Positions 1 to 12,700 of a stretch of 64,000 nt of DNA are shown here, piece by piece (within the stretch, counting starts at the first letter, position 1; each line of letters opens with the position of its first letter). The DNA is from Octopus bimaculoides. Its lineage: Eukaryota. Location: positions 95,637,916-95,701,915 of the forward strand of contig NC_068984.1 in NCBI RefSeq assembly GCF_001194135.2, read 5' to 3'. Under the pieces are notes generated by a model. The model saw only the letters and a list, made by a program, of their open reading frames with translations. It ran no database searches and was not told the origin of the DNA. The position numbers were made by a program, and so were the translations under genes.

Positions 1-1451
1 GAAACTCATTGTTGAAAGGTGCTGTTATTGTTAAATATTTTTGAAAATATTGTTGAAAAGTTTTTGTGAACATTTTGCTTTGTCTGCCTTTCGGCAGATT
101 TGTTACCGTTTGAGGAGGGAGATCTTTGTGTTATTATGCATTCGTATACCGACATAGATTTCGCTGAGGAGGAATTGTTGAGATACGTTGATAGCATCAA
201 CAAAGTGAAGAGAGGAAAGAGTTTTGAAGCAGTGGCTGGTAATTCGAGAGAGGAGATGCAGATAAGTAAGGAAGAGTTGGAGAAGTTCAAAGAATTAATA
301 AAAAGAGAAGCGCATGAAATTTCTGTGACCCCACCAAAGGAAGTAAGTCAAAGAGTGGAAAAAGAAACAATTGTGTATAAAACGTTTGGTTTGGAAAAGA
401 AAAGGATAGAGATTGTATCAAAGGAGAAGATAGAGAAATGTCTGAAAGACATATGAAGTTACATTACATATGTTACCAGAGGAAGCAAGTACGCCACAGT
501 GGAGGTGTGGTTTAGAACAGAAAAATGGGTCAGAAATACGGCAGAGGTGGTGCCCCTCCCAACTTACCTTGAGAGATGTGCTTCCAGGGTAAGGGTGGAG
601 GAGATGCCGCCGGAAGTAGAGGTTGACTGGAATGTGGCAGCCATTATAATGGGGATGGAGGATAAAAACTCCATCCTCCAAATTATCAAAGTCCTGCAAC
701 GTAACTGGCAAGGACAAGGGATTGAAATGATCATCCGAACCACACGAGAAGTGCTAGAGAATGTAGCTGAGACCATTTGGATAGGCCAAGACAGAAAATC
801 GAGAGTGTTAGTGGAGGGCAGGAAACCGCAATGTTTCAAGCGTGATCAGAAAGGCCACATTAGAGCAGACTGCCCTCCACTACCAGCAGAAACACCACTA
901 GTTGGCTCCGGTGAAAAAGTAACCGCACCTCCACTGACTGAAGGAAGAGAAAAGGTGGAGCAGCAAGAGACAGAGAATAGCAAGTGGTCTACAGTGACAG
1001 GAGGGAAAAGAAGAAAGAGAAAAGTTCACCACCCAAGAACTCCAGTCCCCACCCTTCCCCCGCTCCAGTCGCTCCAATCCCCACTTTATCTAGTCCTTCC
1101 GATGCAGACATCAATCACTTTCCCGCCCCACTCGCCACTAATCCCAATCCTGTCCCCACAGAAACACATGCAAACACGATAATTTGTCAAAGCCCCCAAC
1201 ATCTACCCCTAAGGAAAAAGAACCTAACCTTGACATACGATTCGAGAAAAAGCAAACTGGTGGAAGAAACTAAAAAAGGTAAATTTAGGGGACACTACCC
1301 TATATGTGAAATGTGTGCTAGTGGATAAAAGTAATTTCAAAAGATTAAAACAAAAATTCGGGCCGGACATTGCGGATCTATTCATAGAGGTTTACATAGA
1401 TGCATTGCCTTCTGAAGTGGACTACAACGACATCTTGGAGTACGTAGTTTA
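1..1451 (+). mobile_element. Tx1/L1-clade non-LTR retrotransposon ORF1 (gag-like, degenerate CCHC knuckle), disrupted; no ORF2 follows
   Basis: Segments EKETIVYKTF, PPEVEVDW..AAIIMGMED, GRKPQCFKRDQKGHIRADC and DKSNFKRLKQKF align in order with the ORF1 at 42010-43240 (EKETIIYKTY, PPEVDPEWLLAAVTMGLED, GRQPRCFQCGKKGHLRVDC, KKVNLRKLRQKM). Confidence 0.75.
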
Positions 1452-1514
1452 ATTGATTTTTGAACATTGTAATTAAAGGTTCAATGAGACTGCTTGGGAG
1501 TGGGGCTCGAGTAG

Positions 1515-1594
1515 GACTGCACCCGAAAAAAGTTATGCTCTACATTTAGTGGGATATAAAGTATGTCGTTTTTCATGAAGTATTAAACCAAAAC
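1515..1594 (+). mobile_element. 80-bp mariner transposase fragment, inverted copy of 3755-3834
   Basis: 79/80 identical to the reverse complement of 3755-3834; translates LHPKKVMLYI*WDIK. Confidence 0.85.
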
Positions 1595-2094
1595 CTTGGA
1601 TTACTGTACGGAAATTTATACAGAACTCCTATGACTCCTATGTATACCACTATGGATTAATTAATTCTAATAAACACGGATAAACTTTTAAGAACGGTTT
1701 TCTTACTTTTATATCTCTGAAGAATGGTCATGCAACTTCAATATGATTTATCATTTCGATTGCATTTAGATAAGTCACATAATCATGAAACGATCGTAAG
1801 AATTTTTATATATCTNNNNNNNNNNNNNNNNNNNNNNNNNNNNNNNNNNNNNNNNNNNNNNNNNNNNNNNNNNNNNNNNNNNNNNNNNNNNNNNNNNNNN
1901 NNNNNNNNNNNNNNNNNNNNNNNNNNNNNNNNNNNNNNNNNNNNNNNNNNNNNNNNNNNNNNNNNNNNNNNNNNNNNNNNNNNNNNNNNNNNNNNNNNNN
2001 NNNNNNNNNNNNNNNNNNNNNNNNNNNNNNNNNNNNNNNNTATATATATATATATATATATATGTACACGCATAGTATATATACATACACACAG

Positions 2095-2140
2095 GTATGT
2101 ATGTATGTATGTATGTATGTATGTATGTATGTATGTATGT
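2095..2140. repeat. (TATG)n microsatellite
   Basis: Direct inspection. Confidence 0.95.
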
Positions 2141-2335
2141 ATAGTCATTGGATTGCAGCTATGTTGGGGCATCACCTTCAGAGGTTTAGTCAAGTTAATT
2201 GACCCCAGTACTTATATTTTAAAAGTCTAGTACTTATTTTATCAGTTCCTTTTTCTGAACGGCTGCTGACAGGAGGTAAACAAGCCAATACCGGTTGTCA
2301 AGTGGTTGTGCACAAACAGAAAGCCATGCACATGT
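2141..2335 (+). mobile_element. SINE-like repeat body (octopod high-copy type)
   Basis: Recalled motif set '...gaccccagtacttat...gtacttattttatc...ccggttgtcaag', ending in a CA-rich tail and flanked by microsatellites. Family not verified. Confidence 0.55.
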
Positions 2336-2479
2336 GTGTGTATGAACACACACACACACTCATATACATAATACATACATACATACGTAATCAAATCAAT
2401 AAACAAACAATTAATAAAGAGAAAAAAGAAAAAAACGATCGTGAGGACGTACGCAAGCAATATATTAATTTGACGCTCA

Positions 2480-2530
2480 GTGCAAGGAGAGAGTTGTTAA
2501 TGTTTCGAGCATAGCTCTTCGTCGGAAAGC
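2480..2530 (-). ncRNA. Degenerate minimal hammerhead motif in a PLE-type terminal repeat
   Basis: Minus strand reads CCGACGA-A-GAGC-TAT-GCTC-GAAAC-ATT; homologous over ~65 nt to 14199-14265. Confidence 0.5.
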
Positions 2531-3274
2531 GGAATGTCCAAAGAGAAAGAAGGAAAATAAGGGAAAATCGCTAACAATCTACGTACGGTTACATTTCTGA
2601 AGTGACCGAAAGTGGAAGGATAAAAAGCAAGTAGTTTCTGGGACAGGAGTGTGTGAAGATGGTAGGTATGCGTGTGTGTGTCACATTTAAAGTTATTGAT
2701 CTCGATAGTCGTTCCTTCTCCGTTTTAGTTTTCTTCGAAATCTTTGGCTGCATTAAGAATATTTTTTCTCTGTAGTTTCCTATTCAATTACAACTACTTA
2801 TCAACTTTCTATACGGATATTACATTTTTCAGATCATATTGTATCTTAAATTCAGTTCGTTAGAGTGCCTTTTCCTAAAACAGTTTTTTAAAGATCACAC
2901 GCTTTAGAATTTAATCATCTCCCGTACGAACTGTATATTCTCGCCACCCCTGTTTGTGACATCAAAAGAGATATTCTATGCTTAGAGCATTTGCAAATTC
3001 TAAGGCCTCAAAATTGTTTACATGGTATCTCCAAAATATACCATATGAAAGACACATTTGTTGAAAAACTCCCCAACAGTGATAGTCCTTTAATGTGTCC
3101 TAAAGGGACTGAATTTACATAAACCATATACTCAACAATATTTTGATCTCTTAGTGGTCAATAAATAGTAACGTTTGGATATACACTACACTATATGTAT
3201 ATGTATATATATATATATATAGATATGCAGGGCAGGGAATCGTCAATTAGTAATAAAATTAATAATCAACAATT

Positions 3275-3311
<37 letters not shown>

Positions 3312-3316
3312 GTATG

Positions 3317-4200
3317 TATTAGGTTGGAAAGAAAGTCCTGTCGCTTTTCATGATGAGTAAAGAAAGAAATTCTTCTTTGATCTTGATATATTTAACCGAA
3401 ATAATATTTCTCCTTGTTATTGATAACACATTATCCCATCTATGTGGCAAATTGCTGATCCTCTGAACGTAAAATTCTTCAACTGTCGAAGCAAAGACAA
3501 ACTTGATATCATTTAACCTCTTCGCAATAAATAAATTGTTTTCCCTCTAAATAATGTTACTATGATCTGAAAGGATGATTGATAGATGGAGCAAGGTCAG
3601 TGGACTAGGGAGGATAAGGCAAAACTTTCAAAGCTATAACCAAAATCTTTTCCTGGATGACTAGGATAATATGACTGAACAATGATTGGCACTTCTTCTG
3701 TAAATTTTTGCGCAATGCTTTCAGTTGACAATATTTCTTCACATTAACTGTTTCGTTTTGGTTTAATACTTCATGAAATACGACATACTTTATATCCCAC
3801 TAAATGTAGAGCATAACTTTTTTCGGGTGCAGTCTTAGTTTGAGGGTGGTCTCTCCTTTTACACTGGATGTTAACTCTTATTGTTTTCATTTAATTTGAT
3901 AATAGCGAATCCACTTTTCATCACTTCTGATGGTTCTACCGAAAAAAGCTCTGGGAGCCAGTCTATACTTCAGCGACAAGCAGAAAGCAACTATTTGATT
4001 AAGCTGAGGAGCTATCAGATGGTGAGGGATCCACTGACCAAGTTTAGATGCGTTTCCTTGTTAATGAAAGTGTTTTGTGATCAAGTGTGACTTGAATTGA
4101 AGTGGTTAGCTAATTCTGGTGCAGTTTGCTTTAGATTTTCCTCCACAACAGTTTCAGAAGCTCAATATTGACAGAACTCGGTCGTCCAGATCGAGTGGGG
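3317..4200 (-). mobile_element. mariner (DD34D-type) transposon relic
   Basis: Minus-strand motifs LHPKKVML..WD, PYPP*STDLAPS (YSPDLAP-like) and LPHRWD; terminus TATTAGGTTGG... abutting a TA-rich microsatellite. Many stops. Confidence 0.8.
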
Positions 4201-5206
4201 GAGTCTACTGGAAAAAAGTTTCTCGAGAAAAGCTGACCAAACCCTCGTTGACATGCTTGGACGCGGCAAGAAATATTAGCTTTATCTAAGGAAATAAAGC
4301 TTTAGCATTGCTTACTGTACTGTATGTAACCATTGCTTACCTAACGATGTGTATCTAAAAAGTACCCCCAACAGTGATCATGTCGAAAATGCAACAGAAA
4401 ATGTTATCCAACCTTGTGTGTGNNNNNNNNNNNNNNNNNNNNNNNNNNNNNNNNNNNNNNNNNNNNNNNNNNNNNNNNNNNNNNNNNNNNNNNNNNNNNN
4501 NNNNNNNNNNNNNNNNNNNNNNNNNNNNNNNNNNNNNNNNNNNNNNNNNNNNNNNNNNNNNNNNNNNNNNNNNNNNNNNNNNNNNNNNNNNNNNNNNNNN
4601 NNNNNNNNNNNNNNNNNNNNNNNNNNNNNNNNNNNNNNNNNNNNNNNNNNNNNNNNNNNNNNNNNNNNNNNNNNNNNNNNNNNNNNNNNNNNNNNNNNNN
4701 NNNNNNNNNNNNNNNNNNNNNNNNNNNNNNNNNNNNNNNNNNNNNNNNNNNNNNNNNNNNNNNNNNNNNNNNNNNNNNNNNNNNNNNNNNNNNNNNNNNN
4801 NNNNNNNNNNNNNNNNNNNNNNNNNNNNNNNNNNNNNNNNNNNNNNNNNNNNNNNNNNNNNNNNNNNNNNNNNNNNNNNNNNNNNNNNNNNNNNNNNNNN
4901 NNNNNNNNNNNNNNNNNNNNNNNNNNNNNNNNNNNNNNNNNNNNNNNNNNNNNNNNNNNNNNNNNNNNNNNNNNNNNNNNNNNNNNNNNNNNNNNNNNNN
5001 NNNNNNNNNNNNNNNNNNNNNNNNNNNNNNNNNNNNNNNNNNNNNNNNNNNNNNNNNNNNNNNNNNNNNNNNNNNNNNNNNNNNNNNNNNNNNNNNNNNN
5101 NNNNNNNNNNNNNNNNNNNNNNNNNNNNNNNNNNNNNNNNNNNNNNNNNNNNNNNNNNNNNNNNNNNNNNNNNNNNNNNNNNNNNNNNNNNNNNNNNNNN
5201 NNNNNT

Positions 5207-6003
5207 TTTTTCTAGTTAATTTTAGTTAATTTTTGTTTATTATCAGATCATTAAAATGGGATGGCAAGTTCAGAAAAACGAGCATTTTCGACATCTTCTT
5301 CTTTTTGCTTTTAATCAAGGTTCTAAGGCCTGCTTGCGACATTTGTGCTGTGTATGGAGAGGGTGCCATAGCTGAAAGAACCGCTCGTAATTGGTATGCC
5401 AAGTTCAAAAATGGAAATTTTGACCTCAAAGGCGCACCTCGTTCTGGCCGTCCAGTTGAGTTCGATGAAGAGCGATTAAACCAACTTTTGCACGAAAATT
5501 CTGACAGAGAAAATGGAATGCTCCCATACTGCTATAGAGAAGCATCTTTACTCGATGGGAAAGGTTTTTAAATATGGAGCATGGGTTCCGCATACTTTAA
5601 GTGACAACAAAATCAACGAGCCACAGTCTCCGCTGGTTTGCTTGCTCGTCACCGCTCAACTCATGGACACAAGCAACGATTTCTTTCCCGAATTGTTACT
5701 GGCGACGAAAAATGGTGTCTGTACATCAATATGAAACAGCGTAAGGAATAGCTTAGCCCCGGTAAACAAGCGACACCGCGCGTGAAACAAGATCTTCATC
5801 CGTGTAAAACGATGTTGTGCGTATAATGGGACTGGGAAGGGATTATCCATTACGAATTGCTTGAACGGAACCAAACGGTCAATGCGGAACTCTATGTTCA
5901 ACAGATGGAACAACTCAACAAGGCTATTCAAGAGAAAAGACCTAATCGGCAGCATGGAGTTCTGCTGCACGACAACGCCCGCCCTCATATCGCCAATATG
6001 ACC
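5207..6003 (+). mobile_element. mariner transposase pseudogene (second family), runs into gap
   Basis: WYAKFKNGNFDLKGAPRSGRP, WVPH, IVTGDEKW, HYELLERNQTVNAE, LLHDNARPH. Confidence 0.93.
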
Positions 6004-6159
6004 NNNNNNNNNNNNNNNNNNNNNNNNNNNNNNNNNNNNNNNNNNNNNNNNNNNNNNNNNNNNNNNNNNNNNNNNNNNNNNNNNNNNNNNNNNNNNNNNN
6101 NNNNNNNNNNNNNNNNNNNNNNNNNNNNNNNNNNNNNNNNNNNNNNNNNNNNNNNNNNA

Positions 6160-6285
6160 TATATGACGGACTTCTTTTAGTTTCGGTCTACCAAATCTGC
6201 TCGCAAGGCTTTTGTTGGTGTTGGCCTGCGACTATAGTACAAGACACCAAGGTGCCACGCAGTGTGACTAAGCTCAAAATCATCC
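6160..6285 (-). mobile_element. tRNA-derived SINE fragment followed by (CA)n
   Basis: Homologous to 23540-23670 (+) and 31660-31820 (-): cactgcgtggcaccttgg...gatttggtagac.gaaact. Confidence 0.6.
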
Positions 6286-6299
6286 GCGCGCGCATGCGT

Positions 6300-6331
<32 letters not shown>

Positions 6332-7385
6332 CAAATATTATGTATGTTTACATACACTCAAACATACTCATACGCACACGTGCATACATACGTACGTATA
6401 TTTTGATGCTAAGTATCAGATATAACACCATTAGGTAGTATTATCTTTAATTAGAACATGCTGGTAGGACTAGACTGTGATGATCAATCGTTGATAAATT
6501 AAACAAAACTATTGGAAAAACAAGAAATAGACATTGTATAACAAAATAATTTACTCACAGTTATAGCTGTTCACATATGAAATACCTACTATTACTAGTA
6601 GCAATTGGTACAGCATGATGGTCAGTTTCTTTCAGCCTCTTGCAGATTGGTGTGAGTTGACTTCCGAAGCAAGAACGGGTTTGACAAATGTCTCAAACGA
6701 ACGATTTATATAGACCCCAATAAACGTGATCAACTACATACATTGAGGAAATTCATTAGTTTCATAAATTTCGTATTCGGAAAGAGCAAACATAAATTAT
6801 TCATAAATCGATAAAATTTTTTTGTCTTGAAGGTATATTCCTAAAAATAAACTATTCATAAATGAGTTGTGGGTTTTTATTTGTTATGAAAACAATAGTA
6901 TCAGAGCTGTTTCACAAGATGGTTTAATAATTTAATTAATTCACATCACGTGTCAGTTAATGTGTTTATAAACAGCAATGCTGTTAGTAACTTTTTCTTT
7001 TAAGAATAAGTAATATTCATTGATACTAAGAATACAAATGACTCTAATCAGGCTTTCATTTAAACGCTGAGAATATATTTTTTTCTAGTCTCCTGGTCAT
7101 TAAACGTCCGCACCCAATGATAGGAAAATAATTTAGCTTAGGTTCACGTGTTTTACCACGGTTTTTTCGTATGACGAAAGTTTTTTGTCTTTCTTTTTAT
7201 TGCTTTGTTCACAGGACACATTTACACTAATTTACGAAAATCTATTACATACTGTCTATACTACAGCACGTGCACTTTAAACTATTGTAAATTTCTACTA
7301 ATTGCCAACTTATAAGTTGATGTTTCGCATTAGCCCTGGTGAAGTCATTTCCATACCTAATCATTATATTCTTTAGTAGGAGTTT

Positions 7386-10300
7386 TAAGTGTCCCTCTTG
7401 AACGGCTATGAGAAATACGTTTCTCCGAGTCAGGAGGGAGGTGGGGTGGGGTGTTGGTCCTACTAAAAAAAAACCGGGTAGCCGAGAAAAAGTTGGGTTT
7501 TTTCTGATCCAGAAGGCAGGCTGGTCGTTCTCGACCTGACATTCAGTTGTGGCAAGATAATCAGGCTAGTTGCTATTCATGCACCCAACATTATGGGCCC
7601 GCAAAGTGAATATTTTCGTGACCTGGGCAAGTTCCTGGCCTCGTCGCATTCGCTAGTATTGTTAGGAGACTTTAACACAATATGTGAAGCACACACAGAT
7701 TGTGTTGGCTCGAACATGAACAGAAAATGTAACCCAGGCTTACGGGATCTGCTAAGTCACTTTCAGCTGGCAGATCCATATAGGTTGGAACACCCGAACA
7801 CTCCACAGTGGACGTGGTCAAATAGTGACGGGTCTTCCAGAACATATCTAGATAGGATTTTAATTAGAGAAACAGATAAGTCCATAGTTAAGTGTCCACA
7901 TTTTTTTCTAGTCAGCTACAGTGACCACAAGATGGTTACCTGTAAACTGATAATAGATAAGTTACATAGTCAGGGATCTGGCTACTGGAAACTCAATACG
8001 TCCCTTTTGGCGATTGAGGAATACAGAAAGCGGATCAAGATGTTAATACAGAGGGCATTGACAGATACCATCATTAATAACAAATGGTGGTACGCCCTAA
8101 AAAGAGCCATCAAATATGAGTCTATTAGGTTTAGCATACGTTTAGCTAAGAAAGGACGTAGAATAGGAGATGGTTTAGTTAAGGAACTAGAAGAAGCCTG
8201 GTAATGCGGACCAAGCGAAGGTGAAAAGACTGGATTTAAACCAGCATCGTGAAGCCCAACACATGAGAAGTATTGCCAGAGCTAAGTTACGTGCGATGGG
8301 AAGTGAAGGAATCAAGGCCGCTGGATGGGCCCGAGTGGTGGAAGCTCGGCAAGGAAATAGTTCCACAATACGGTCTTTGACGAATCATAATGGCATCTTG
8401 GTAAACGAACCCGAGAAAATGTGTGAGGCCTTCCGAAGTACTTCGCCCAGCTTTTCGGGGGTGACGGCGGTCCTGGTGGTGGGAGAGCCCTCAAGGACTT
8501 TCTTGCTGGTCTACCGTGTCTCTCGGGATCGGATGGGGAGTCTTGCGAAGGGCCAATCATGCCTGGGGAAGTGATGGAGGCTTTAGCCGACTGTAAAGNN
8601 NNNNNNNNNNNNNNNNNNNNNNNNNNNNNNNNNNNNNNNNNNNNNNNNNNNNNNNNNNNNNNNNNNNNNNNNNNNNNNNNNNNNNNNNNNNNNNNNNNNN
8701 NNNNNNNNNNNNNNNNNNNNNNNNNNNNNNNNNNNNNNNNNNNNNNNNNNNNNNNNNNNNNNNNNNNNNNNNNNNNNNNNNNNNNNNNNNNNNNNNNNNN
8801 NNNNNNNNNNNNNNNNNNNNNNNGCATGGCAAACTTGTTCGGGCATCTACTGGCTGACGTTTACGCGAACTGGCAACAAAATGGGTTTATCCCCAGATCT
8901 GTGCGCCGGGGAGTAGTGACGTTGGTCAGAAAGGACCCGGACAAGGGGGACGTTATAGAGAATGTCAGGCCCATCACTCTGTTAAATGCAGAAGTGAAGA
9001 TTTTGGCCAAGGTCTGAGCGAAAATGTTGGCGCGTGTCGCGAATGGTATAGTCGGGGAGACACAGACATGTGCCATCCCAGGCAGAACCATTCAGGATAC
9101 CCTCCATCTTATCCGCTATACCATAGAGAGAGTTGGTAATAAATCTGGCAAAGGTAAGGCATTGGTACTTTTGGACCAGTCTAAAGCTTTTGATAGGGTT
9201 GACCATCGATACCTGGCGACTGTGCTTGCGCGGTTCGGCTTGGGCCTTGGCTTCCTCAGGTAGTTTATCGCTTTGTACCACAACATTGATTCGATAGTTC
9301 GGGTGAACGGTTTCCTTTCGAAGCCGTTCTGCATCAGACGCTCGATTCGTCAAAGATGTCCGCTCTCACCGCTTTTGTATGTGGTGGCTCTTGATCCCCT
9401 ACTGCGAAGGTTTAGTGGCATTCCGAGAGAACCAGGTCTAGAGGAGCTTGTTACGGCTTACGTAGATGATATCACTATCAGCGTAACCTCAGTAGTACGC
9501 CTACATGAAGTAAGACTATTGAGGCTTACGACGAGGTGGCAGGAGCAAAGATAACCGGGAAAAGTCGGTCGGTTGGCTTGCAGCTCGGCACCTGGGTTGG
9601 CAAGTCGATGCCTTCAGACAGTGTTGTTGGGCGCTGGACGGAGGGACCGGTTAAGTTACTGGGAGTTTGGTTTGGACCAGGTCTCCAGATAAAGAGGAAC
9701 TGGACGGAGGTATTGAGCAGGGTGGCTGCAGTAGTCAAGACCTGGTCTTGGCGGTGGCTATCCCTAAAAGGGAGGGCGGAGGTGGCCAATGTGTTTATCG
9801 CATCGGTCATTACCTACCGCCTGACNNNNNNNNNNNNNNNNNNNNNNNNNNNNNNNNNNNNNNNNNNNNNNNNNNNNNNNNNNNNNNNNNNNNNNNNNNN
9901 NNNNNNNNNNNNNNNNNNNNNNNNNNNNNNNNNNNNNNNNNNNNNNNNNNNNNNNNNNNNNNTCTTGCTATTCCGGCGCTCGGGCAACGCCAGAGGTGAG
10001 AGTTCCACACGGATTTTATATAGTGAGTTGGTAGAGTCTGAATGCGACGATGGCCTGGGAGCGACTCTAGGTCTCGGGTTTATTCAACTGGACAGCCTGT
10101 TTCACCGTACATTCGGGTTGAGAACGTTGGACAACTTCCAAATGTCCTTAACCTGACAATGCTACAGAGGTGCCTTGCCCGTTTGGGGTAAGCGTCAGTC
10201 ACCGACCTGTCCAAGATGCGGGGGGGGGGGGGACAGGAAAACCGTCCCTCACGCTATTATTCAGTGTCCGGAGATATCTGAAATATGGGCTTATGCTGAA

Positions 10301-10853
10301 CACCTGTTGTCCGGCGAAGGAAGTATACAGCTGTTGACTGAGTCAATTATAAAAATTAACCTACCGGGAGTTTTAACAAACGAAGGTAGGAATTGTTTTC
10401 TCACGGTTGTAGCAATAGTGAAAGAGGCAATATGGAAGACTAGGATAAAAGGAATTAAGATAGGCAACTTTATCTCTGGCCACAATTTACGTTCATTTTT
10501 TACTTTTCATTTGAAAAGGAAAGTGTGGCTGGAGAAGAGATGTCTGTCGGAGTGTACGTTCTAAAAGAGATGGAAGTATGTTGCACGAGTGTTGTGCGTG
10601 CAAGGAACTGTGTGAATAGACGGGAAAAAAAAGAACAAAAAGGTAACAGCGATAGATCGGGGCTTGTGGGGAAGGAGCGTGGCTTGATCATCGCTTCATT
10701 TGTATTGTTTCTGGATTGTTAATATCATTCGATTTTTTATATTTTATTTCTTTTTTAAAGTCACATTTTATGTAAAACCATATCGCATTACTGATCCCAA
10801 TCAGTTGTTTTGTACATTTCTGTGTTTAGCCCACGGTGGGCAATAAAGAAATT
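7386..10853 (+). mobile_element. Tx1/L1-clade LINE ORF2 (APE + RT + C-terminal CCHC), 5'-truncated, with 3' UTR and AATAAA
   Basis: LLGDFN, TYLDRIL, SDHKMV, GSGYWKLN (APE); RPITLLNAEVKILAK, DQSKAFDRVDH, RQRCPLSPLL, AYVDDI (RT); CPRC...HAIIQC; AATAAA at 10842-10847. Confidence 0.95.
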
Positions 10854-10907
10854 GGTATTTCGTCTGTCTTTACGCTTTGAGTTCAAATTTCGCCGAGGTC
10901 GACTTTG
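10854..10907 (+). mobile_element. Internal fragment of tRNA-derived SINE fused to the Tx1 3' end
   Basis: Aligns with 19169-19225 (ggtattt...gagttcaaatt.cgc.gaggtcgacttt). Confidence 0.7.
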
Positions 10908-11204
10908 GCGTACAGATTATTTTATTTCTTTCTTTTTTAACTAAACACTTTCGAACTTCCGATACTGGTAGAATGTGTCACATAGAACAGGGTTTACTCT
11001 TAACGTTTTTGACAAAATTTTCTTTTTTAGAAGTTATTTCGTCAGAAGTTACAGAGTGACATTGAACAAATTCGTGTTTGATAAGTGCCAATGCACGAAA
11101 CTCTCAGCTTTTGACGTCATATTCAAAACTCTGCTTTCCCCTCCTAAATTCGCGCCTTTTCAATAATTCTTTTACTCTTTAGTTCATTTGTGCGATAGAA
11201 GTCG

Positions 11205-11214
11205 AATCTCTTTT

Positions 11215-11246
<32 letters not shown>

Positions 11247-11250
11247 TCCT
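11205..11250. repeat. (TTTC)n microsatellite
   Basis: Direct inspection. Confidence 0.9.
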
Positions 11251-12259
11251 TAGAAGAACCTTCTGGAGTCATTACTTTAATTGACCAACCTCCCGTGAGA
11301 TCTTTTCTGCTTGGCTGCCACTTTTCAATTTATTCAATTGTTGTTCCAACTGATTTATCATTTGGCGTATTGGTGTAGTTTTGTAAGGTAATCATTGACA
11401 TAGAATTCACTTTCGCCATAAATGAATAAACAAAGAGTTAATAGCTTTTGAAGTTTGCAAATTTTGGGTAATTTTAGCCAATCGAAAACCACAGATATAT
11501 AGGTGCCTGTTTCCATAGTAACAGGTCAAGCTGTTACCAAGCTGCTTACTCACGCAATCATTTTTTGGTTTATTAAATGGTGGCCGTGAAAAATGCTAAA
11601 AGTAATGGCTAAATAGGCCTTAAATCACGCACTAATCACGCACTTAAATCACGCACTAATTTTTATTGCATAATCGTATGAATTTCCTCAAAAATTTTCT
11701 GCAAATTCCAAGAAGTAAAAACGTTATGAGGGGTTCTATGGCGTGCGTAAAGCAGAATTCCGCCAGCATTTTATGTGTTTACAGTTGACAACACGTGCTG
11801 TCACGCACAAAATGGCAGCTTCCAAATGTTGTTTCCTGACTGGTAAAAAGTTTTCTGCAAAGCGTTAAATATCCCCCGAGATTCATCGTGCAAAGTTACA
11901 TCAATACACCAAATTTTAACATGTCTTCTTAACTTTGAAATTTCCACAGGTGCAGCCAAACAGAAAAGATCCCTCCCCGTGTTTTTAAACCGTCTGCTCA
12001 AATTTTTGTGATGTATTGGTGGCCGCTGACATCTGAAAAATCAAAACAAACCCTGATATCATAATCTCTCGACGCTGGACAACCCCCTGGAGTTTAATCT
12101 TTTTCAAGTCACCTATATCAGTAGTTTGTTACTGAAACATGAAATTCATGAATCTAGAATATAATTACAAACAACTAATGAAATATTTCGCGTAATATAA
12201 AAAAAATGAGTTAAAAATTCTTTGGAATGAGTCGCAGCACTTTTTACATGCTCACTCCC

Positions 12260-12700
12260 CCTAACTTACACTACTGATCAAGTGCATACCAGATGTAGAA
12301 CAGTTGAACCCATAATCAAAAATATCATACAAGAAAACACAAAAAGCGTCACACCAAACCGTGAATAGACATTAACAATAAATTACAAAATCTCTAAAAC
12401 AGAAACCATAATTATAAACAGGCTGTGTAAACCTCCAAAACAAGCTACAAATGATCCACGTGATTCATAAATTTGACTGTGAAAGTAAAAATTTAAAACT
12501 TCGTGATACTATAACAAACAAAACACTCTCTCACTGGCTTCCGATGATTTTACGACAGGAAACGATTGGAACACAAAACATTACGCACCATAAACAAAAT
12601 TAGAAGAAAAAACATTAAATGCAAAAACTAAATTAATAGAAAGCATTAATAGTAAATACAAACAGGATTAACACGTTACTAAATTGTGGGCCTGAAAACT
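12260..12700 (+). mobile_element. Possible highly decayed Penelope-like C-terminal fragment
   Basis: Fragments resembling 'VIHKFDCE' (cf. VIY.F.C of GIY-YIG) and downstream helix region; heavily frameshifted. Confidence 0.35.

Noticed and set aside
1-10853. Idea that ORF1 (1-1451) and ORF2 (7386-10853) are one element split by insertions
   Set aside because: The ORF2 is close to the 40-43 kb element while this ORF1 is much more distant from that element's ORF1; no TSD-bounded insertions account for the 6-kb spacer.
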